From the NCBI GenBank assembly GCA_964445905.1, contig CAYUNN010000003.1:69312-133311 (forward strand): 64,000 nt of DNA, written 5' to 3'. A program made the position numbers and the translations under genes. The notes under the pieces are model-generated. The model was not told where the DNA came from and searched no databases. It saw only the letters and a program-made list of their open reading frames with translations. This document shows, one piece after another, positions 55,449 through 64,000 of the stretch. Within the stretch, counting starts at the first letter, position 1. Every line of letters begins with the position of its first letter. Source of the stretch: an uncultured Candidatus Saccharibacteria bacterium (GTDB lineage Bacteria; Patescibacteriota; Minisyncoccia; Minisyncoccales; JAGGXC01).

Positions 55449-56648
55449 ATGGCAGAAAAAGAAAAATTTGAGAGAGGGAAACCTCACTTAAACATAGGGA
55501 CCATCGGTCACGTAGATCATGGCAAAACTGCTCTTACAGCCGCCATTCTTCATGTCCTTAATAAGAAAGGATTTAATGTAACAGAAAAAGCAGTTGATCA
55601 GATTGATTCTGCTCCTGAAGAAAGGGCCAGAGGGCTAACTATTAATATTGCTCACGTTGAATACGAAACAGAGAACAGGCACTATGCTCATATTGATTGT
55701 CCCGGACACGCTGATTATGTTAAGAACATGATTACAGGTGCCGCACAGATGGACGGTGCTATTCTTGTTGTTTCTGCTCCCGATGGGCCAATGCCTCAGA
55801 CAAGAGAGCATATTTTATTGGCTCGTCAGGTTGGTTTGCCTTCTTTAGTTGTTTTCTTGAACAAGGTTGACTTAGTTGACGATCCGGAAATTATTGAATT
55901 AGTTGAATCAGAAGTAAGGGAGCTTTTAAAGAAATATGAATATCCAGGAGACGAGATTCCAGTAATTAGAGGTTCGGCTGTAGAAGCTGCAAAAACAGAA
56001 TCTGCAGACGATGAAGCAGCTAAACCTATTTTAGAATTAGCAAAAGCTCTGGACGAATATATTCCTGCTCCGAAAAGAGAAACCGATAAACCGTTCCTTA
56101 TGTCTGTAGAAGATGTCTTTACTATTGAAGGAAGAGGGACTGTTCCAACAGGAAGAGTTGAAAGAGGAGTTATTAAGCCAGGAGAAGAAATCGAAATAGT
56201 TGGTTTAAGAGATACTCATAAAACCGTCGTTGTCAGCGTTGAGATGTTTAATAAAACTTTGGATGAAGGACAGGCTGGTGATAATGTAGGTATCCTTTTA
56301 AGAGGGATTAAGAAAGAAGAAATTGAGAGAGGTCAGGTTTTAGCTAAACCAGGTTCAATTACTCCTCATACTGATTTTGAGGCAGAGGTTTATGTTCTAA
56401 CTAAAGAAGAAGGTGGTCGTCATACCCCTTTCTTTACTGGTTATAAACCCCAGTTCTTTATCAGAACAACTGATGTTACTGGAGATGTAATTTTACCCGA
56501 AGGAACTGAAATGGTTATGCCTGGCGATACTACGAATGTTCAAGTTAAATTAATTGCTCCAGTTGCCCTTGAGGAACAGCAAAGATTTGCTATTAGGGAA
56601 GGAGGTAAGACTGTTGGAGCAGGTGTTATTACGAAGATAATAAAATAA
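55449..56648 (+). CDS. tuf: Elongation factor Tu
   Basis: [23 protein letters not shown]; ATG 55449 preferred as start. Confidence 0.99.
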   Translation: MAEKEKFERGKPHLNIGTIGHVDHGKTALTAAILHVLNKKGFNVTEKAVDQIDSAPEERARGLTINIAHVEYETENRHYAHIDCPGHADYVKNMITGAAQMDGAILVVSAPDGPMPQTREHILLARQVGLPSLVVFLNKVDLVDDPEIIELVESEVRELLKKYEYPGDEIPVIRGSAVEAAKTESADDEAAKPILELAKALDEYIPAPKRETDKPFLMSVEDVFTIEGRGTVPTGRVERGVIKPGEEIEIVGLRDTHKTVVVSVEMFNKTLDEGQAGDNVGILLRGIKKEEIERGQVLAKPGSITPHTDFEAEVYVLTKEEGGRHTPFFTGYKPQFFIRTTDVTGDVILPEGTEMVMPGDTTNVQVKLIAPVALEEQQRFAIREGGKTVGAGVITKIIK

Positions 56649-56665
56649 AGGGAAAATTTAGCGAG

Positions 56666-57013
56666 ATGGTTACAAAAAAGACTGTTACCAAAAAAGAGAA
56701 AGAAAAATTAAAGTTAAAAATTCGAGTAAAGCTCAGAGCTTACGATCACAAAATTATTGATAATAGCGCTCGTCAAATAATCGAAAGTGTTAGGCGGGCC
56801 GGTTCTGAGGTAATAGGACCTATTCCTTTGCCTACAGAAATACATAAATATACAGTGAATCGTTCCAGCTTTGTTCATAAAGATGCTCGAGAACAGTTTG
56901 AGATGAGAATCCATAAAAGATTGATTGAGATTCCCGAACCATCTGCTAGAATTATTGATACCTTGCAAGACCTTACTTTGCCCGCAGGAGTTGACATTGA
57001 GATTAAGACTTAG
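56666..57013 (+). CDS. rpsJ: 30S ribosomal protein S10
   Basis: [20 protein letters not shown]. Confidence 0.99.
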   Translation: MVTKKTVTKKEKEKLKLKIRVKLRAYDHKIIDNSARQIIESVRRAGSEVIGPIPLPTEIHKYTVNRSSFVHKDAREQFEMRIHKRLIEIPEPSARIIDTLQDLTLPAGVDIEIKT

Positions 57014-57178
57014 TTCATAATATATCGTTAAAGTTTGTTATATTATTTATGATAATATATTTTGAATCAGGTTAATTTCTGATTGACTTTATGCTAGTCT
57101 AGAAAATAGCAATCCTAAACTGTCTTTAAGATAGAGGAAGCTGGGCTAGTAGCCCAGTTTTGCTTTGAAGAAAAAAAT

Positions 57179-57760
57179 ATGAAATTTATTCTTGGAAAAA
57201 AATTAGAAATGAGTCAGATATTTGGAAAAGAAGGGGAAGCAATCCCGGTGACTTTGGTTGAAGCGGGACCTTGCGAGATTGTTCAGGTAAAAACAGAAGA
57301 AAAAGATGGTTACTCTGCTGTTCAGATTGGTTTTGAGAAATCAAAAAAGAAAAAGAAAACAATGAAAGGAAAAGAATATGTTCATATTAGGGAGTTTAAG
57401 AATGGAAATGATCTTAAAAAAGGAGATAAAATTGATATTTCTATCTTTAAAGAAGGAGATAATGTAAAAATTTCTGGTGTGTCAAAAGGAAAAGGATTTC
57501 AAGGAGGAGTAAAAAGATGGGGATTTAGCGGAAGAAATGCTACTCATGGTACGAAGCATGAAGAAAGAACGCTAGGCTCTATCGGATCTGCTTTTCCGCA
57601 AAGAGTTCTTAAAGGAAAGAAAATGCCTGGCAGGACTGGTTTCGAAAGAATTACTGTTAAAAATTTAAAAATAGTTAAGGTTAATTCTGATAATAATATA
57701 TTAGCAATAAAAGGAGCGGTTCCGGGAAGGAAAGGAACCTTGCTTGAAATTAGAGGATAA
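57179..57760 (+). CDS. rplC: 50S ribosomal protein L3
   Basis: SKGKGFQGGVKRWGF, KGKKMPG. Confidence 0.99.
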   Translation: MKFILGKKLEMSQIFGKEGEAIPVTLVEAGPCEIVQVKTEEKDGYSAVQIGFEKSKKKKKTMKGKEYVHIREFKNGNDLKKGDKIDISIFKEGDNVKISGVSKGKGFQGGVKRWGFSGRNATHGTKHEERTLGSIGSAFPQRVLKGKKMPGRTGFERITVKNLKIVKVNSDNNILAIKGAVPGRKGTLLEIRG

Positions 57761-57767
57761 TCCAATC

Positions 57768-58397
57768 ATGAAAGTCCCAGTTTACAACAAAGATGGTAAG
57801 AAAATTGAAGATATTACTTTGCCCAAAGAGCTATTTGGAGTTTCGATAAACTCTGATTTAGTTCATCAGGTTGCTGTTATTCAGATGTCAAACAGAAGAC
57901 AGGGAACCGCACATGCTAAAGATCGAGGTGAGGTCAGCGGTGGAGGAAAAAAGCCTTGGGCTCAAAAGGGAACTGGCAGGGCAAGGCACGGCTCTACCCG
58001 ATCTCCTATTTGGGTTGGCGGAGGGGTGACCTTTGGTCCCACCAAAAATAGAAATTTCAAGAAATCAGTTTCCAAAAAGATAAGAAGAAAAGCTTTGCTT
58101 ATGGTTCTTTCTGCTAAAGCAAAAGAAAAATTATTGATTGTTTTAGATAAGTTTGATTTAGAAAAGATAAAAACTAAAGAATTCAATAATATTTTGAATA
58201 ATCTTCCTTGCGAAAAGAAAAGTTGTTTGTTTGTTTTACCGGAAGCAACAAAGGAATTAGTTCTGTCAGCTAGAAATATTGATGGCATTGAAACGATGGA
58301 AGCAAGGAATTTGAATCCTTTGGATTTGCTTTCTTTTAAATATTTAATAATATCTAAAGATTCTATTAATATCATTAAGGATACTTTTTTGAAATAA
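57768..58397 (+). CDS. rplD: 50S ribosomal protein L4
   Basis: KPWAQKGTGRARHGS. Confidence 0.99.
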   Translation: MKVPVYNKDGKKIEDITLPKELFGVSINSDLVHQVAVIQMSNRRQGTAHAKDRGEVSGGGKKPWAQKGTGRARHGSTRSPIWVGGGVTFGPTKNRNFKKSVSKKIRRKALLMVLSAKAKEKLLIVLDKFDLEKIKTKEFNNILNNLPCEKKSCLFVLPEATKELVLSARNIDGIETMEARNLNPLDLLSFKYLIISKDSINIIKDTFLK

Positions 58398-58403
58398 ATA
58401 GCT

Positions 58404-58808
58404 ATGAGTATTTTTGATAAATTAAAAAAAGAAGAGAAAGGAGAAAAGAAAGTTGAAAAGAAGAAAGAAAAGAAAGAAGAAATAAAAGAAGAGAAAAAAT
58501 CTGGAAGGAAAAGAACAGGTAAATACCTTGATAGCTTTAAAGTTTTAAAAGAACCACACATTACTGAAAAGGCTACCGACCTTACTGGCAACAATCAATA
58601 CGTTTTTAAAGTTTTTCCAAGAGCGAATAAGGTTGAGACAAAGAAAGCCATTGAGGAATTATATAATGTTGATGTTTTAAAAGTGCGCATCATTAATGTT
58701 CCTCCAAAACCGAAAAGATTAGGTAAAACAGAAGGAGAGAGGTCAAGTTATAAAAAAGCTATTGTAAGAATAAAAGAAGGTCAAAAAATAGAATTATTGC
58801 CAAGATAA
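58404..58808 (+). CDS. rplW: 50S ribosomal protein L23 (charged N-terminal extension)
   Basis: PHITEKA, YKKAIV. Confidence 0.97.
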   Translation: MSIFDKLKKEEKGEKKVEKKKEKKEEIKEEKKSGRKRTGKYLDSFKVLKEPHITEKATDLTGNNQYVFKVFPRANKVETKKAIEELYNVDVLKVRIINVPPKPKRLGKTEGERSSYKKAIVRIKEGQKIELLPR

Positions 58809-58815
58809 TTTATTT

Positions 58816-59643
58816 ATGAAAAAATATAAGCCAACAACTCCATCAAGACGAGGAATGACTAGCAAGGACTATTCTCTTCTTACCAAAAAGAAACCAGAAA
58901 AGAAATTGACCAAACCTTTAAAAAAGAAAGCAGGAAGGGGTAATTTGGGCAGAATTACAGTAAGACACAAGGGAGGCGGAAGGAAAAGACTCTATCGAAT
59001 GGTAGATTTTAATCAAAAGAGAATTGATGTTAAGGCAAAAGTAGTTGCGTTGGAGTACGATCCGAATAGAACAGCTTTTATCTCTTTAATAGAATATCCC
59101 GACGGAGAAAAAAGATATATCTTAGCCCCTCATAATATTAAAGTTGGAGATGAAATTGAATTTTCTGAGAAAGCTCCTATTTCTATCGGCAACAGAATGA
59201 AATTGAAAAATGTTCCTGTAGGAACTGGCGTTTACAATGTTGAAATGAGGCAGGGAGAAGGAGGAAAAATAGTAAGAGGAGCAGGGACCACAGCTATAGT
59301 TTTAGCTCACGAAAATAAATTTTGTCATTTGAAAATGCCCTCTACTGAAGTAAGAAAAATATCAGAAGAATGTTTTGCTTCAATCGGAGAAGTTTCTTGT
59401 CCTGAGCATAGATTTATTAATATAGGAAAAGCAGGCAGAAAGAGACATAAGGGTATAAGACCCACTGTTCGTGGTTCTGCTATGGGTGCTCATGATCATC
59501 CGCATGGCGGAGGAGAAGGAAGAGCTCCGATTGGATTAAAATATCCAAAGACTCCTTGGGGTAAAATAGCCATAGGAGGAAAAACAAGAAAAAAGAAAGC
59601 TTCAGATAAACATATAATCCAAAGAAGGAAGAAAAGAAAATAA
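58816..59643 (+). CDS. rplB: 50S ribosomal protein L2
   Basis: [15 protein letters not shown]. Confidence 0.99.
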   Translation: MKKYKPTTPSRRGMTSKDYSLLTKKKPEKKLTKPLKKKAGRGNLGRITVRHKGGGRKRLYRMVDFNQKRIDVKAKVVALEYDPNRTAFISLIEYPDGEKRYILAPHNIKVGDEIEFSEKAPISIGNRMKLKNVPVGTGVYNVEMRQGEGGKIVRGAGTTAIVLAHENKFCHLKMPSTEVRKISEECFASIGEVSCPEHRFINIGKAGRKRHKGIRPTVRGSAMGAHDHPHGGGEGRAPIGLKYPKTPWGKIAIGGKTRKKKASDKHIIQRRKKRK

Positions 59644-59648
59644 AATTT

Positions 59649-59948
59649 ATGACTAGATCGCTTAAAAAAGGTCCATTTGTTGACCCAAAACTTCAAAAGA
59701 AAATAAAAAAAGCAAAAGAAAAGGGATCAGAAGAGGTTATAAAGACCTGGTCTCGAAGTTCGGTTATCACTCCCGAGATGATAGATCTTACCTTTGGAGT
59801 TCATAATGGCAAAGAACATATTCCAGTTAAGGCAACAGAAGAAATGGTTGGTCATAAATTAGGAGAGTTTGCTCCAACTACTAGGTTTGGCAGGCATGGT
59901 GGAAAGATGCAAAGGGAAATTGAAGCAAAGAAATCAGAAAAAGACTAA
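59649..59948 (+). CDS. rpsS: 30S ribosomal protein S19
   Basis: [18 protein letters not shown]. Confidence 0.99.
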   Translation: MTRSLKKGPFVDPKLQKKIKKAKEKGSEEVIKTWSRSSVITPEMIDLTFGVHNGKEHIPVKATEEMVGHKLGEFAPTTRFGRHGGKMQREIEAKKSEKD

Positions 59949-59968
59949 GTAATTTCTTTATTATAATT

Positions 59969-60496
59969 ATGAAAGCTACTGCTAAATTAAAACATTTAAG
60001 AACCGCTCCCAGGAAAGTTAGGCTGGTTGCAGATATGGTTAGAGGGAAGAAGGCTGTAGAAGCTCAGCACCTTTTGGCTTTTTGCACCAAAAAATCTGCA
60101 AAACCAATTTTAAAGCTTTTGAATTCTGCAGTGGCAAATGCAAAAGGTAGCCTGATTAACGGAGACGAATCAAACTTATATATTTCTAAAATTACTGTTG
60201 ATGAAGGGCCAAAACTTAAAAGATGGAGAGCAAGAGCAAGGGGTCAGGCTTATGAAATTCAGAAAAAGACTTCCCATATTAATTTAGTTTTAGACGAAAT
60301 AAAAGAAACAGGAAAAATGAAGAAAACTAAAGAGAAAACTAAGAAACCAAAAATAGAAAGAGTAAAATCAAAAGATGTTAAGGTTGAACCTAAGAAAATA
60401 GACAAAAAGAAGATGCAGAGACAGGACAAAGATTATTTAAAGCCAAAAAAGAGTGATGGTGCAGGTAAAAAAATCTTTAGAAGAAAAGTAATGTAA
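59969..60496 (+). CDS. rplV: 50S ribosomal protein L22 (basic C-terminal extension)
   Basis: PRKVRLVAD, RARG.A..I.K.TSHI. Confidence 0.98.
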   Translation: MKATAKLKHLRTAPRKVRLVADMVRGKKAVEAQHLLAFCTKKSAKPILKLLNSAVANAKGSLINGDESNLYISKITVDEGPKLKRWRARARGQAYEIQKKTSHINLVLDEIKETGKMKKTKEKTKKPKIERVKSKDVKVEPKKIDKKKMQRQDKDYLKPKKSDGAGKKIFRRKVM

Positions 60497-60498
60497 AT

Positions 60499-61146
60499 AT
60501 GACACATAAAGTAAATCCAAAAATTTTTAGAACAAGTGAAAATAAAGACTGGGATTCTCGCTGGATTGGCGGTAAGAAGTATTCTAAGTACCTAGAAGAA
60601 GATTTTAAAATTAGAAAGTTTTTAGAAGAAAAATTAAAAGATGCAGCAATTGAAAAGATTGAAATTGAAAGATTTTCTGACAAAATTGATATTATAATTT
60701 CTACTTCCCGTCCCGGATTAGTTATTGGCAGAGGAGGAGAAGGCGTAGACGAATTGAGAAAAACTTTAATTGACAAGGTTTTAAAAAGCAAAGAAAAGCA
60801 AAGATTGAAGTTAGAGATTAAAGGAGTCAGAGATCATTGGACTAGCGCTAATTTGTCTGGCCAATGGATCGCTCGACAAATTGAAGGAAGAGTTCCTTTT
60901 AGAAGAGTAATGAAGAGCGCTTTAAGCAAAATTATGTCTAATAAGAATACTAAAGGAGTGAGAATCCAAGTTTCTGGAAGATTAAATGGAGCAGAGATTG
61001 CAAGGACTGAATGGATGAAAGAAGGTAATCTCCCTCGTCAGACATTAAGAGCAAATATTGATTATGCTGAAAACCGAGCTCGTTGTACTTATGGTGCAAT
61101 TGGAGTAAAGGTTTGGCTTTATAAAGGAGAAGAATTCAACGAATAA
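60499..61146 (+). CDS. rpsC: 30S ribosomal protein S3
   Basis: [22 protein letters not shown]. Confidence 0.99.
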   Translation: MTHKVNPKIFRTSENKDWDSRWIGGKKYSKYLEEDFKIRKFLEEKLKDAAIEKIEIERFSDKIDIIISTSRPGLVIGRGGEGVDELRKTLIDKVLKSKEKQRLKLEIKGVRDHWTSANLSGQWIARQIEGRVPFRRVMKSALSKIMSNKNTKGVRIQVSGRLNGAEIARTEWMKEGNLPRQTLRANIDYAENRARCTYGAIGVKVWLYKGEEFNE

Positions 61147-61157
61147 ATAATTTTAAA

Positions 61158-61571
61158 ATGTCTTTATTGTATCCCAAAAAAGTTAAACATAGAAAGCAGC
61201 ACAAAGGAAGAACAAAAGGAGTTGCCACTAGAGGCAGCACCCTTGAATTCGGTTCCTATGGACTGAAAAGCATGGAGGCTAAATGGATTACTTCTCGTCA
61301 GCTTGAAGCGGCAAGGAGAGTTATTATCAGGTACCTGAGGAAAGGTGGAAAGCTTTGGATCAGAATTTTTCCAGACAAGCCGATAACAAGAAAGGGTAAC
61401 GAAGTTCCTATGGGAGGAGGAAAAGGATCAGTTGAATTTTATGTTTATCCGATCAAGCCAGGTCGTATTATTTTTGAATTAACAGGTATTCCGGAAGAAA
61501 AGGCGAAAGAAGCTCTAAGAAGAGCAACTGATAAACTTCCTGTGAAAACTAAATTTGTTAAGAAATCATGA
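61158..61571 (+). CDS. rplP: 50S ribosomal protein L16
   Basis: [15 protein letters not shown]. Confidence 0.99.
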   Translation: MSLLYPKKVKHRKQHKGRTKGVATRGSTLEFGSYGLKSMEAKWITSRQLEAARRVIIRYLRKGGKLWIRIFPDKPITRKGNEVPMGGGKGSVEFYVYPIKPGRIIFELTGIPEEKAKEALRRATDKLPVKTKFVKKS

Positions 61572-61756
61572 AAATAAAGGATATAAGAAGAAAAAGTAAG
61601 TCAGAATTGATCAAAGATCTAGAGAGCTTAAGAGAAAAATTAAGAGAGCTGAGGTTTAATTTAGCTTCAGGAAAGGTAAAGAATATTAGAGAGATTAGAT
61701 CGGTGAAAGATGATATAGCTCGGATATTAACAATAATTAATAGTCAGAAAAAATAA
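61568..61756 (+). CDS. rpmC: 50S ribosomal protein L29
   Basis: LRF...IARILT; position in operon. Confidence 0.97.
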   Translation: MKIKDIRRKSKSELIKDLESLREKLRELRFNLASGKVKNIREIRSVKDDIARILTIINSQKK

Positions 61757-61768
61757 CATATTAACATT

Positions 61769-62002
61769 ATGCCAAAACGTAGATTAAAAGGAATTGTAGT
61801 GTCAGACAAGATGGATAAAACCGTTGTGGTTAAGGTTGAAAGAAAAAAGAATTATCCGAAGTATAAAACTTCTTATATGATTGACAGAAAATACAAAGCT
61901 CATTCAGAGACGAATGATTTAAGGGTGGGGGATAAAGTTTTAATCGAAGAATTTCGTCCTCAAAGTAAGGGGAAGAGGTGGAAAGTGGTTGAGAAATTAT
62001 AG
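61769..62002 (+). CDS. rpsQ: 30S ribosomal protein S17
   Basis: GIVVSDKMDKTVVV, RP.SK.KRW. Confidence 0.98.
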   Translation: MPKRRLKGIVVSDKMDKTVVVKVERKKNYPKYKTSYMIDRKYKAHSETNDLRVGDKVLIEEFRPQSKGKRWKVVEKL

Positions 62003-62014
62003 TTTTAAATTATT

Positions 62015-62383
62015 ATGATTCAGACTCAAACAAAATTAATAGTAGCGGATAATAGTGGAGCAAAGATAATTCAATGCATAAGAGTGTTAGGCGGAACCAG
62101 AAAAAGATATGCTCGTGTCGGAGACTTAATAGTGGCTGCAGTTAAAAAAGCAGAGCCAAGGAAAACTGTTAAAAAACATGAAGTGGTGAAGGCGGTAATT
62201 GTTAGACAAAGAAAGGAATTTAGAAGAAAGGATGGTACTTATGTGCGTTTTGATGATAACGCTGCTGTGATTGTTAATAATAAAAAAGAGCCTGTTGGGG
62301 GAAGAATTTTCGGGCCGATCCCGGCAGAGTTAAGAGAGAAAGGATTTGAGAAAATAGTTAATTTAGCCAAAGAAGTGGTTTAA
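62015..62383 (+). CDS. rplN: 50S ribosomal protein L14
   Basis: [15 protein letters not shown]. Confidence 0.99.
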   Translation: MIQTQTKLIVADNSGAKIIQCIRVLGGTRKRYARVGDLIVAAVKKAEPRKTVKKHEVVKAVIVRQRKEFRRKDGTYVRFDDNAAVIVNNKKEPVGGRIFGPIPAELREKGFEKIVNLAKEVV

Positions 62384-62385
62384 TC

Positions 62386-62691
62386 ATGAAAATTAAAAAA
62401 AACGACAAAGTTCTTGTTATCTCAGGAAAATATAGGGGTAAAAAAGGAAAGGTTGTTAGAATTATGCCTTCTCAGGGCAAGGTTGTGGTTGAAGGAGTGA
62501 ATTTGGTTAAGAGACATGTAAAACCCAAGAAGTCAGGAGAAAAGGGGCAAATTGTTGAAATGCCTTCACCTTTTGATATTTCCAATATTAAATTAATTTG
62601 TCCTGCTTGTAACAAAGCAGTTAAGATTGGTTACGAAATAAAAGGAGATGACAAAAAAAGGATTTGCAAAAAATGCAGAAAGGAAGTATAA
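62386..62691 (+). CDS. rplX: 50S ribosomal protein L24
   Basis: D.V.VISGK..GK.G KOW motif. Confidence 0.98.
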   Translation: MKIKKNDKVLVISGKYRGKKGKVVRIMPSQGKVVVEGVNLVKRHVKPKKSGEKGQIVEMPSPFDISNIKLICPACNKAVKIGYEIKGDDKKRICKKCRKEV

Positions 62692-62699
62692 GTTTATAT

Positions 62700-63275
62700 A
62701 TGATTACTCATCTTAAAGAAAAATATAATAAGGAAGTATTGCCAGAGATGAAGAAAGAGTTTGGTTATAAAAGCAGTATGGCAGTACCGAAAATAGAAAA
62801 AGTTTCAGTAAATGTAGGCTTCGGCAGATCAGTGGTTGGCAAAAGTGCTCAAGAAAGAAAAAAAATACAAGAAGGGATCATAAAAGACCTTAGTCTTATC
62901 ACTGGCCAAAAAATGGTTTTACGAAAAGCGAAAAAATCTATTTCTAGTTTTAAAACAAGAAAAGGAATGTCTATTGGTACTTCATGCATGCTAAGAGGAA
63001 AAAAAATGAATGATTTTTTAGAAAGATTAATTCATGTTGCTCTGCCTCGGTCACGTGATTTTAAGGGTATAGACCCTAAATCTGTAGATCAGAGTGGAAA
63101 TCTAAGTATTGGCATTAAAGAGCACATTATATTTCCTGAAGTTTCTCCGGAACAAGCAAAGCAAATTTTTGGATTAGAAGTAACGATAGCAACTACTGCA
63201 GAAAACAAGGAAGAAGGATTAAAGCTTTTTAAATTACTGGGTTTTCCAATTAAAGAAGAAGAAAAGAAAAAATAA
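62700..63275 (+). CDS. rplE: 50S ribosomal protein L5
   Basis: ITGQK, LPR.RDFKG; ATG 62700. Confidence 0.98.
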   Translation: MITHLKEKYNKEVLPEMKKEFGYKSSMAVPKIEKVSVNVGFGRSVVGKSAQERKKIQEGIIKDLSLITGQKMVLRKAKKSISSFKTRKGMSIGTSCMLRGKKMNDFLERLIHVALPRSRDFKGIDPKSVDQSGNLSIGIKEHIIFPEVSPEQAKQIFGLEVTIATTAENKEEGLKLFKLLGFPIKEEEKKK

Positions 63276-63292
63276 TTAATTTTGAAATAATA

Positions 63293-63478
63293 ATGGCCAA
63301 GAAATCACAAATAGCAAAATCTAACAAGGAGCCAAAATATAGCACTCGAATTAGTCGTCGCTGCTTTAGATGTGGAAGAAAGAGAGGATATATGAGAAAA
63401 TTTGGTTTATGTAGAATTTGTTTTAGAGAATTGGCTAATAAAAGTTTAATACCAGGAGTTAAAAAATCTTCTTGGTAA
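63293..63478 (+). CDS. rpsN: 30S ribosomal protein S14 (zinc-binding type Z)
   Basis: RCFRCGR...CRICFRE. Confidence 0.98.
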   Translation: MAKKSQIAKSNKEPKYSTRISRRCFRCGRKRGYMRKFGLCRICFRELANKSLIPGVKKSSW

Positions 63479-63493
63479 ACTAATTAATGTATC

Positions 63494-63886
63494 ATGGCAG
63501 ACAAAATAGCTGATATGCTTACACAAATAAGAAATGCGCAAATTCTTTCTCATCCAAGGATTGAGGTTCCCTTTTCTAATTTAAAATATGAAATTGTAAA
63601 GATGCTTCAGAGGGAAGGTTTTGTAGAAGACATTAAAAAAAAGGGCAAAGAGCCAGATAAAATTATTTTGATTGAATTAAAATATAGTGCCGATGGCGTG
63701 CCAGCTATTTCAGGCTTGAGTAGAATATCTAAATCCAGCAGGAAAGTTTATAAGCCAGCGAAGAAGATAGATCGAGTTAGAGGAGAATATGGCATATATA
63801 TTGTTTCCACTTCTAAAGGATTGAAAACTGACAAGGAAGCAAGAAAAGAAAATTTAGGGGGAGAAATTATTTGTGAAATTTGGTAA
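63494..63886 (+). CDS. rpsH: 30S ribosomal protein S8
   Basis: D.IADMLT.IRNA, STSKG, GGE. Confidence 0.99.
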   Translation: MADKIADMLTQIRNAQILSHPRIEVPFSNLKYEIVKMLQREGFVEDIKKKGKEPDKIILIELKYSADGVPAISGLSRISKSSRKVYKPAKKIDRVRGEYGIYIVSTSKGLKTDKEARKENLGGEIICEIW

Positions 63887-63891
63887 AAATT

Positions 63892-64000
63892 ATGTCTAGA
63901 ATAGGTAAAATTCAAATTGAAATACCGAAAGGAGTAGAAGTTAATAAAGAAGACAGAAAGATTACTGTTAAAGGGCCCAAAGGAGAGCTTTCTTATGAGA
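63892..64000 (+). CDS. rplF: 50S ribosomal protein L6 (partial, runs off window)
   Basis: MSRIGK..IEIPKGV...VKGPKGEL. Confidence 0.97.
   Translation, partial: MSRIGKIQIEIPKGVEVNKEDRKITVKGPKGELSYE

Noticed and set aside
57962-58594. 210-aa antisense ORF, and similar antisense ORFs over hsdR, typA, pilB, the P-type ATPase and fusA
   Set aside because: They lie opposite well-conserved genes and have the Phe/Ser/Leu-rich composition typical of shadow frames.
1-64000. CRISPR array or cas genes
   Set aside because: No regularly spaced 25-45-bp repeats with unique spacers were seen. The short repeats are coding (collagen, PD/PE, SPSSPD) or 10-12-bp motifs.

Overview
AT-rich bacterial window using genetic code 11. 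Gene content, A/T-rich starts without Shine-Dalgarno sites and extended ribosomal proteins point to Patescibacteria/CPR (Parcubacteria-like); this is inference. Position 1 to about 13290 is an integrative element with a large serine recombinase, small replication/regulatory genes, a type I R-M system carrying two unusual domain fusions, several nuclease-like genes and a collagen-like protein. Its right end carries a tRNA-Asn-like 3' remnant whose antisense strand looks like the recombinase's own displaced C-terminus, and the recombinase is preceded by a pseudoknotted leader. From 13.5 to 36 kb are accessory and housekeeping genes: DEAD helicase, typA, a UbiA-family gene, a pilin with a premature stop, thiol-redox genes, a P-type ATPase, a giant surface protein, and a Fur/PerR oxidative-stress operon containing a stand-alone NrdD glycyl-radical domain. 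From 36 to 48 kb is a type IV pilus locus in which three consecutive minor pilins share a mosaic ~500-bp, 20-Cys C-terminal cassette, followed by two-component genes and a frameshifted TasA-like gene. From 48 to 64 kb are ComEC-like and Adk-like genes, a 6S-like RNA, glycerol-1-phosphate dehydrogenase, tRNA-Pro, rpmB and the str/S10/spc ribosomal protein cluster, truncated in rplF. All family calls come from motif recognition by eye; no searches were run.
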